Part shown: piece after piece, positions 28,032 through 33,435 of the stretch
Position numbering within the stretch: the stretch's first letter is position 1
Layout of the letters: the number at the start of each line of letters is the position of its first letter
IMG/VR virus record: IMGVR_UViG_3300047400_000352
Span: 1-33,435 of that record
Origin: a virus
Lineage: Duplodnaviria > Caudoviricetes
DNA length: 33,435 nt
Reading direction: 5' to 3' (one strand)
Notes under the pieces: generated by a model
What the model was told of the DNA's origin: nothing
The model's database searches: none
The model's input: only the letters and a program-made list of their open reading frames with translations
Made by a program: the position numbers and the translations under genes

Positions 28032-28847
28032 AATTCTTTTTTTGTAGATTAATGCAGCTGCACCAATCGCACTACCCGGATCACCAGGATTTTTAGGAAC
28101 AAATATATTATATCCTATATCTACCAATTTGGCAACAGCCAAACTATTAAAAGCCACACCACCAGAAAAACAAATATTTTTATGTTGGTACTTTTTAAAA
28201 ACCTGCAACAACTTATATTCAAGTAAAGCTTGACAAGTTGCGGATAAATCTTCAGAACTATAATTAGAATAAAAGCCTTTGCAACCTTTGTGATTGTTTC
28301 GGTGTTCTAACTGTTCATTCATATCTAACAACAAATCAGGAATAACTCTACCCATCATTGATAATTCCATGAATTTATTTTCATCACAATTTGGTTTCAT
28401 ACCAACAAGTTGCACTATAGAACTATAAAACAATCCAAAACTAAAAGGATATTTTTTGGAGTATATCTTTTTGTATGTTGCATTTCCATTTTCATACTTT
28501 GCATTCCAGACACTCAATGTATCCCATTCACCTATGGAATCCGCAACAATTATATTTGCAGTATCGAAGTTTGAAGTTTGAAATGCATTTGCCGCATGGG
28601 ACAAATGATGACTGAAATAATATTTTGGTTTCAACTTCAAGTTAATATTCTTGAATGATGTTTTATATTGACCTGCATAAAATTGTCTTGTTCTTTTCAA
28701 CAAAGGTTTTTCATAGAAAGCAATTTCATCAGTACAAACAAGTGATGTATCTATATGTTTAGGATAAAAAACACATTCTTCATCTTTAATGATGGCCAAG
28801 GATTCAGTATGAAATCCTTGAGTGAAACCAACAAATTCATTCTTCAT
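28011..28847 (-). CDS. Carbamoyltransferase (NodU/CmcH family), N-terminal domain only
   Basis: FYEKP, HHLSHAA, DSIGEWDT, SFGLFYS, SGGVAFN, PGDPGSAIGAA; no C-terminal domain. Confidence 0.8.
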   Translation of the reverse strand: MKNEFVGFTQGFHTESLAIIKDEECVFYPKHIDTSLVCTDEIAFYEKPLLKRTRQFYAGQYKTSFKNINLKLKPKYYFSHHLSHAANAFQTSNFDTANIIVADSIGEWDTLSVWNAKYENGNATYKKIYSKKYPFSFGLFYSSIVQLVGMKPNCDENKFMELSMMGRVIPDLLLDMNEQLEHRNNHKGCKGFYSNYSSEDLSATCQALLEYKLLQVFKKYQHKNICFSGGVAFNSLAVAKLVDIGYNIFVPKNPGDPGSAIGAAALIYKKRIAGVVER

Positions 28848-28947
28848 AGATAAAAGGATCTCTTTCTCTGGCTATTTCCAATGGATGTTTTTTTCCACGA
28901 ATTTTATGCCATAAAATATCGAGATATATTTTAAATCTAAACCACAT
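28837..28947 (-). CDS. Small protein (36 aa) ending DPFIYEE
   Basis: Read manually: MWFRFKIYLDILWHKIRGKKHPLEIARERDPFIYEE*, overlapping both neighbours. Confidence 0.6.
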   Translation of the reverse strand: MWFRFKIYLDILWHKIRGKKHPLEIARERDPFIYEE

Positions 28948-29563
28948 CACACATTTCCTTGATGTATGGAATAACAATCTGCTTTGCGATCATTTCATGT
29001 CCCAATTCTAATGGATGGAGGTTTTCTCCTATTGGGTAATTATTTTCTTTACAAAATTTACGTAAAGCAGTTTTATGCCAAATTAAAGTTTCTGGAACAT
29101 CTGGATCATCCTTGAATAATTCCATTTCATCCAAACCCATGAACAAAAATATATGTGGTATTTTTAAACTATTCATATATTCATGAATAGCAAATATTTT
29201 CCACTTCTGTAAATCATACCACAATTTATAATCTGTCTTAGCTGAATACAAATAAAGGTGAAAATCTCTGACTTGATTGCTTTGAAAATTTTTCTGATAT
29301 AATATAAAATTGCGAATTTCATTTTCATAAGCATAACTTATTCTGCTAAATGCAGTTATTTGTATGACTGCAAAATCCAATTTGATTTTTTTTGTCAAGT
29401 CATACATACTTTTGCATATTATATCTATTGAATTTCCATTTTTAGAAACATTGTATTCATTAATATTTAATTCACGAGCGATTACAGCTGAATATCTATC
29501 TTTAATTGGATCTAACATTTCAGCACCAGAGGTAAAACTGCACCCACTAAATCCTATGTTCAT
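28937..29563 (-). CDS. SGNH-hydrolase-like hypothetical protein
   Basis: N-terminal GCSFTSG and C-terminal HPLELGHEMIA. Confidence 0.65.
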   Translation of the reverse strand: MNIGFSGCSFTSGAEMLDPIKDRYSAVIARELNINEYNVSKNGNSIDIICKSMYDLTKKIKLDFAVIQITAFSRISYAYENEIRNFILYQKNFQSNQVRDFHLYLYSAKTDYKLWYDLQKWKIFAIHEYMNSLKIPHIFLFMGLDEMELFKDDPDVPETLIWHKTALRKFCKENNYPIGENLHPLELGHEMIAKQIVIPYIKEMCDVV

Positions 29564-29578
29564 AAATTTTCCTTAAAA

Positions 29579-29653
29579 TGGCCTGCCGTGAAGGAATCGA
29601 ACCCACATTCGTAGGGTAGAAGCCTACTGTATTATCCATTATACTAACGGCAG
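29579..29653 (-). tRNA. tRNA-Arg(UCU)
   Basis: GTAGG-CT-TCT-AC-CCTAC, GCCA end. Confidence 0.92.
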
Positions 29654-29662
29654 AAAAATGTA

Positions 29663-30244
29663 TCAACTTAAAAGATGAATTTTATTTAATGTATCTTTTT
29701 GTATTTCACTAACTGATGTATTGAAAGATATAATGGTTTTTCTTTCGTTCGACATATTAGGTGGACCTCTATGTATTACATAACTTGGAAAAAGTATAAC
29801 ATCACCTTCTTTAACATCAATATGAATTTTTTTATTTAATGGAGGGTTAATTATTTCTGTTCCAGGAGAATCTTCTGGCAATTCAACGTAATAAACTGCC
29901 GTAAAATTACTGCCGTGAACATGCCAACCATGATAAGATTCTTTTTCATACTGTTGGAACCACAAGGCTTCAAGTGAATATTGTGAGTAACCCATTTTTT
30001 TAAAAATTTCATCTAATTTTATTTTCAGATGCGGGAAAAAATACTTCACCCATTTTCTTTGTGTATCTGTCGATCTCGACCAATCCAATTTGGTTATATT
30101 TTCAAAAGGATTTAAATCAAATTTTTTTTCTGATGATTCAGAATCAGCTTCATAAAATAACTTCAGAAGTTCAACTTTAATATCTTGATGATTAGAAAAT
30201 TCTGTTTTAATAATATATGATGAAAACTCAAAAAAATCCATCAT
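29663..30244 (-). CDS. Putative 2OG-Fe(II) oxygenase
   Basis: HGWHVH, AVYYV, EGDVILFPSYVIH, RKTIISFN. Confidence 0.85.
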   Translation of the reverse strand: MMDFFEFSSYIIKTEFSNHQDIKVELLKLFYEADSESSEKKFDLNPFENITKLDWSRSTDTQRKWVKYFFPHLKIKLDEIFKKMGYSQYSLEALWFQQYEKESYHGWHVHGSNFTAVYYVELPEDSPGTEIINPPLNKKIHIDVKEGDVILFPSYVIHRGPPNMSNERKTIISFNTSVSEIQKDTLNKIHLLS

Positions 30245-30256
30245 AAACTCCTAAAT

Positions 30257-30333
30257 TGGTGCCCCAGGAGAGACTCGAACTCTCAAAATTTGGCTTCTAA
30301 GACCAACACGTATACCAATTCCGTCACCGGGGC
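30257..30333 (-). tRNA. tRNA-Leu(UAG), short variable loop
   Basis: TTGGT-CT-TAG-AA-GCCAA, ACCA end. Confidence 0.9.
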
Positions 30334-30347
30334 AAATAAATATTTAC

Positions 30348-30557
30348 ATGAATAAAAAACAACTTACAGACTATATTATAGAACAACTCCAGAATTCTGG
30401 CAACCAGCACAAAACTTCTGGACAAAAACTGGCCTATGATTTAGGATATATTATTGCTTTGTTGGCTGAAATATGTGAACATGATGTTGCCAGAACAGCA
30501 TACATCAAAAAGAAATTAACAAGATTAAAACAGTCTGGTGCTCCCAACAAGAATTGA
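30348..30557 (+). CDS. Small hypothetical protein antisense to the tRNA array
   Basis: 69-aa ORF filling a 200-nt gap; ATAAATA at 30336-30342 just before the ATG. Confidence 0.5.
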   Translation: MNKKQLTDYIIEQLQNSGNQHKTSGQKLAYDLGYIIALLAEICEHDVARTAYIKKKLTRLKQSGAPNKN

Positions 30558-30609
30558 ACTTGTGTTTCACCCTTACCAAGGGTGTGTAATGCCATTATAC
30601 TATGAGAGC
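30536..30609 (-). tRNA. tRNA-Thr(GGU)
   Basis: CACCC-TT-GGT-AA-GGGTG, ACCA end. Confidence 0.92.
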
Positions 30610-30610
30610 A

Positions 30611-30688
30611 TGGTACCCCTTCTCTGATTCGAACAGAGAGAACTCCTCCTTTTGAGAGAGGTGACTTTACCAATTTGTCCAAAGGGGC
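30611..30688 (-). tRNA. tRNA-Leu(CAA), short variable loop
   Basis: CCTCT-CT-CAA-AA-GGAGG, ACCA end. Confidence 0.88.
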
Positions 30689-30690
30689 AT

Positions 30691-30799
30691 AACAGGATAG
30701 TTTTTTTGCTACGAGAATCGAACTCGCAATTTTTCCTTAAAAGGGAAACGTGCTACCATTGCACTAAGCATAAGCTTTTTTTGCTGAACCTATCCTAAA
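30691..30799 (-). ncRNA. Y-like RNA copy 4 (insert: tRNA-Lys(UUU) body without acceptor end)
   Basis: Scaffold AGGATAG-GTTCAGCAA/CTATCCT-GTT encloses D arm GTGC/GCAC, TTTCC-CT-TTT-AA-GGAAA and T arm GCGAG-TTCGATT-CTCGT. Confidence 0.8.
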
Positions 30800-30800
30800 C

Positions 30801-30876
30801 TGGTGGCAATAACTGGAGTCGAACCAGTGACACACGGATTTTCAATCCGCTGCTCTACCAACTGAGCTATATCGCC
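30801..30876 (-). tRNA. tRNA-Phe(GAA)
   Basis: GCGGA-TT-GAA-AA-TCCGT, ACCA end. Confidence 0.93.
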
Positions 30877-30882
30877 AATATT

Positions 30883-30956
30883 TGGTACCCCGTGACAGAA
30901 TCGAACTGCCGTGGCCGTCTTGTAAGGGCGGTGTTCTACCATTAAACTAACGGGGC
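30883..30956 (-). tRNA. tRNA-Val(UAC)
   Basis: CCGCC-CT-TAC-AA-GACGG, ACCA end. Confidence 0.9.
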
Positions 30957-30958
30957 AT

Positions 30959-31033
30959 TGGGCAGGCATAAGAGAATCGAACTCTTGATAACGGAATCAC
31001 AACCCGGGGTTTTGCCACTAAACTAATACCTGC
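30959..31033 (-). tRNA. tRNA-His(GUG)
   Basis: TT-GTG-AT loop, encoded G-1:C73 pair, CCA end. Confidence 0.9.
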
Positions 31034-31034
31034 A

Positions 31035-31415
31035 TTAAGCTATTAAACGTTTTTTTTCTGCACCAACAACCACTTCTTCAAATAGAGATTGGTTTGCTAA
31101 TACTTTGGCCGAATCTTCAGCAACATCAGGATTGTAATCTTTGAAGTTGCCGCCGTGGCCAATTTTCACATGACATTCTTTATCCATGCAAAGTGTAATT
31201 AGATTGTTAAGATCCAATTCAGATTCTGGAAAAAGATGAAATGGTTTTTTGTGGTGAACATTCAATTTCTTGGATGAACCACAAGCAGCACACACGGGTT
31301 CCAACTTCAGATGAAGTTTTTCCACATGTGGCCACTTTGGACTTCTTTCTTTACCATGAGCAACATGTGCGTCACGGTTTGCCGTTTTTGATAAATCTTT
31401 TTGTCTTGCCATCAT
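31035..31415 (-). CDS. HNH endonuclease
   Basis: CAAC...LNVHHKKP...NNLITLC..CH...H. Confidence 0.88.
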   Translation of the reverse strand: MMARQKDLSKTANRDAHVAHGKERSPKWPHVEKLHLKLEPVCAACGSSKKLNVHHKKPFHLFPESELDLNNLITLCMDKECHVKIGHGGNFKDYNPDVAEDSAKVLANQSLFEEVVVGAEKKRLIA

Positions 31416-31452
31416 AATCTCCTCAGGGTTAAACCCTTATGTAGGAGATTAT
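31414..31452 (-). promoter_or_regulatory. Hairpin sequestering the RBS and start codon of the HNH gene
   Basis: ATAATCTCCT/AGGAGATTAT 10-bp perfect stem with inner AGGGT-TTA-ACCCT. Confidence 0.75.
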
Positions 31453-31925
31453 TCCTGTTCGGCCAAGATTCGTTTCAAACGGTCTGCACAGAACGAAGCA
31501 GCAGGTGCATCTGGTTTTACCATAGGTGTCATGTTACATGTACCTTTGATGTAACCAATCGCTTGCTGAACAACACAAGAAGATCCGAATTCTTCGTCCT
31601 TGTTCAAGTCCAAGTGAACTTCAACATGGAAATCTTCCAAAGAATCTTGTAGTTCTTGGAACAATTCAGAAACCTTGTATACTTCCGTCATCAGACGCAT
31701 AGCAGGTTTGCTTTTCTTGTGGTCATAATCCAATTCACGATCAACGTATCCAAAGATTTTACAACCGTGGCGGCCATCAATATGAACAACAACCGCCAAT
31801 GCATAGTCAGCATACCATACGCCGTTAACTCTTACTCGTTCGGAGTCGGCACCCAAGTATACACGGGTATCAGGTCCTTGTGTTGCAAGGAATTCTCTGA
31901 CTTCATCTAAGTTGAATTTTTTCAT
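31449..31925 (-). CDS. RNase H-like YkuK/DUF458 family protein
   Basis: YLGADS, RLMTEV, EVHLDLN, KPDAPAASFCAD; ATG at 31925 with AAGGTG RBS. Confidence 0.85.
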   Translation of the reverse strand: MKKFNLDEVREFLATQGPDTRVYLGADSERVRVNGVWYADYALAVVVHIDGRHGCKIFGYVDRELDYDHKKSKPAMRLMTEVYKVSELFQELQDSLEDFHVEVHLDLNKDEEFGSSCVVQQAIGYIKGTCNMTPMVKPDAPAASFCADRLKRILAEQE

Positions 31926-31946
31926 ATCAATCACCTTTCTAATAAA

Positions 31947-32020
31947 TGGCGCCTCGCCAGGGATTCGAACCCCGACCAACGGTTTTGGAGACCGACATGC
32001 TGCCGTTACACCAGCGAGAC
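31947..32020 (-). tRNA. tRNA-Trp(CCA)
   Basis: CT-CCA-AA loop, GGTTCGAATCC, GCCA end. Confidence 0.92.
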
Positions 32021-32022
32021 AA

Positions 32023-32097
32023 TGGTACCCTTGGACAATTTCGAAATGTCGACCTACGCCTTATCAAGACGGTGCTCTTCCTCTGAGCTACAAGGGC
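32023..32097 (-). tRNA. tRNA-Ile(GAU)
   Basis: TT-GAT-AA loop, ACCA end. Confidence 0.9.
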
Positions 32098-32104
32098 ATA
32101 ATAT

Positions 32105-32227
32105 AACAGGATACTTTTTTCGTTGCTCTACCAAATGAGCTAATCATCCTAAATGGCGGATAATACTGGATTCGAACCAGTTACCAACGGCTTTGTATGC
32201 CTTTGTGTTTGCTGTAAGTATCCTAAA
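32105..32227 (-). ncRNA. Y-like RNA copy 5 (insert: circularly permuted tRNA, YrlA-like topology)
   Basis: Scaffold AGGATAC-TTACAGCAA/GTATCCT-GTT encloses T arm, then loop-closed acceptor ATTATCC-GCCATTTA-GGATGAT, then D arm GCTC/GAGC. Confidence 0.85.
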
Positions 32228-32229
32228 CT

Positions 32230-32306
32230 TGGCCTGTCCTGAGAGATTCGAACTCCCAACCTTCAAGTTCGTAGCCTGATGCACTCTCCAGTTGTGCTAA
32301 GGACAG
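32230..32306 (-). tRNA. tRNA-Arg(ACG)
   Basis: TCAGG-CT-ACG-AA-CTTGA, GCCA end. Confidence 0.92.
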
Positions 32307-32310
32307 AAAT

Positions 32311-32385
32311 TGGTGGTGATAGTTGGTAACGATCCAACCTTGCAGGCGTATGAAACCCGTGCATATCCGTCTATGCTATATCACC
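32311..32385 (-). tRNA. tRNA with CAU anticodon (elongator Met or Ile2)
   Basis: CGGGT-TT-CAT-AC-GCCTG, variant T loop ATCGTTA, ACCA end. Confidence 0.85.
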
Positions 32386-32391
32386 GAAATA

Positions 32392-32466
32392 TGGTGGACC
32401 GGAGGGGAATCGAACCCCTACTCGAAGCTTGCAAAGCTACTGTGCTCCCATTATCACTACCAGCCC
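32392..32466 (-). tRNA. tRNA-Ala(UGC)
   Basis: TT-TGC-AA loop and G3:U70 identity pair. Confidence 0.92.
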
Positions 32467-32469
32467 ATA

Positions 32470-32510
32470 TTGTTGACAATTTATCCTTCTCTACGCCGTC
32501 AACAAAGGCG
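32470..32510 (-). ncRNA. Predicted H-type pseudoknot between tRNA-Pro and tRNA-Ala
   Basis: CGCC-T-TTGTTGAC-GGCG-(16 nt)-GTCAACAA. Confidence 0.5.
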
Positions 32511-32517
32511 AGGTTCT

Positions 32518-32594
32518 TGGTCGGAGTACAAGGATTCGAACCTTGGACCTCTTGCTCCCAAAGCAAGCGCACTACCAGGCTGTGCTACACTCCG
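32518..32594 (-). tRNA. tRNA-Pro(UGG)
   Basis: CTTGC-TT-TGG-GA-GCAAG, ACCA end. Confidence 0.93.
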
Positions 32595-32598
32595 TATT

Positions 32599-32673
32599 TG
32601 GCTCCACAGGCAGGGATCGAACCTACGACCAATTGATTAACAGTCAACTGCACTACCGCTGTGCTACTGTGGA
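32599..32673 (-). tRNA. tRNA-Asn(GUU)
   Basis: GTTGA-CT-GTT-AA-TCAAT, GCCA end. Confidence 0.93.
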
Positions 32674-32679
32674 ATAAAA

Positions 32680-33435
32680 CTATCTTAAATTGATTCCAAA
32701 AGTTTCTTCAAAATTTTCACCACGAAGTTTATCTAACTTTTCTGTAAATTCAAAATAAGAATTTGAATCTATTGTTGGTGTATTTTTTAAATTATTTTTT
32801 ATATCGTTAATCTCTTTAACAAAGGCATAAAAATTTTTAGGTTTTAATATCTCTGTTGCTTTTTCTATTTCTTCATACGCTTTTTGTTTATGATGTTCAG
32901 GCATATTCAAAAAGTGTAAATTTTTTGGTGAAACCACCGCATAACATCTTGTTGCAATGTCATTGTTTATATTATATAACTCCATCAGAAAAATGGCAAG
33001 CCTTGAAACATCTAATAATGTGTATTGGCTTATCGCTGTATTGAAAGAAAAATTATTAAATTGTTTTGCGAACTCTTTAATATTTTTTTCTACAACAGAC
33101 CATTTTGTTCCATGACGGATATATTCTGCTGTTTTTCCTACACCATCAATACTTGCAATAAACTCTACCGATTTAAATTCTAATAATCTGGAAACAAACT
33201 TCTCATTATATGTACTACAGTTTGTAAACAATTCTATCTTTATGTTTTTTGATAAACCGTTTTCAATCAAGTAATCCAAATAATCATAGTATTCTTTAAT
33301 TAAAAAAGGTTCACCACCAGTCAAACATAAAACTTTTATTTTATGTCCTATTTTTTTCAATTCTTCAATATCATTATCGCTTGTCTTGATAACATCATCA
33401 GTATGAAATTCTCCGTTCTGAAACAGTTCTCTTGC
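32680..33435 (-). CDS. Radical SAM protein, C-terminal part (5' end outside the window)
   Basis: LTGGEPF, TNCSTYN, SIDGVGKTAEYIRHGTKW, similar to 24371..25549; the frame stays open to the window edge. Confidence 0.85.
   Translation of the reverse strand, partial: ARELFQNGEFHTDDVIKTSDNDIEELKKIGHKIKVLCLTGGEPFLIKEYYDYLDYLIENGLSKNIKIELFTNCSTYNEKFVSRLLEFKSVEFIASIDGVGKTAEYIRHGTKWSVVEKNIKEFAKQFNNFSFNTAISQYTLLDVSRLAIFLMELYNINNDIATRCYAVVSPKNLHFLNMPEHHKQKAYEEIEKATEILKPKNFYAFVKEINDIKNNLKNTPTIDSNSYFEFTEKLDKLRGENFEETFGINLR

Noticed and set aside
30691-30799. Ordinary tRNA-Lys gene
   Set aside because: No 7-bp acceptor stem and no CCA; it is enclosed by the shared scaffold.
31926-31979. N-terminal extension of the 31449..31979 ORF
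   Set aside because: It overlaps tRNA-Trp; the ATG at 31925 has a proper RBS.
32310-32640. ORFs 32310..32636, 32323..32640, 32381..32572 (also 30434..30682, 27628..27810, 27864..28052, 31912..32106, 25539..25745)
   Set aside because: These are translations of tRNA/ncRNA sequence with no protein-like features.
1-33435. Stop-codon reassignment
   Set aside because: Core genes are full length in the standard code and no suppressor anticodon (CUA, UCA, UUA) was found among the tRNAs.

Overview
This is a fragment of a large T4-like (myovirus-type) phage genome, and most genes lie on the minus strand. From left to right it holds: late/virion-associated genes (Ig-like protein, two charged internal-protein-like ORFs, an HxGH-type nucleotidyltransferase fused to a P-loop kinase, an RNA-ligase-like protein); a sugar/phosphate modification cluster; a PD-(D/E)XK nuclease-like gene; a DUF4338/DruA-like gene; the replication core (gp41, gp40-like, uvsX, gp43); an inverted late operon of secreted/membrane proteins with 14 Cys-rich repeats; GroES; and an array of 19 tRNAs interleaved with accessory enzymes. 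The main finding is a TROVE/Ro60-like (DUF2828-type, vWA) gene sitting directly downstream of three copies of a structured non-coding RNA, with two more copies in the tRNA array. All five share a covarying 7-bp closing stem and a KTWCAGCAA motif but carry different inserts: a bare anticodon stem-loop, an acceptor-less tRNA-Lys body, a circularly permuted tRNA, and two long unknown domains. This looks like a modular Y-RNA-like family paired with a Ro60-like protein. All family assignments come from motif recognition by eye; no database searches were run.
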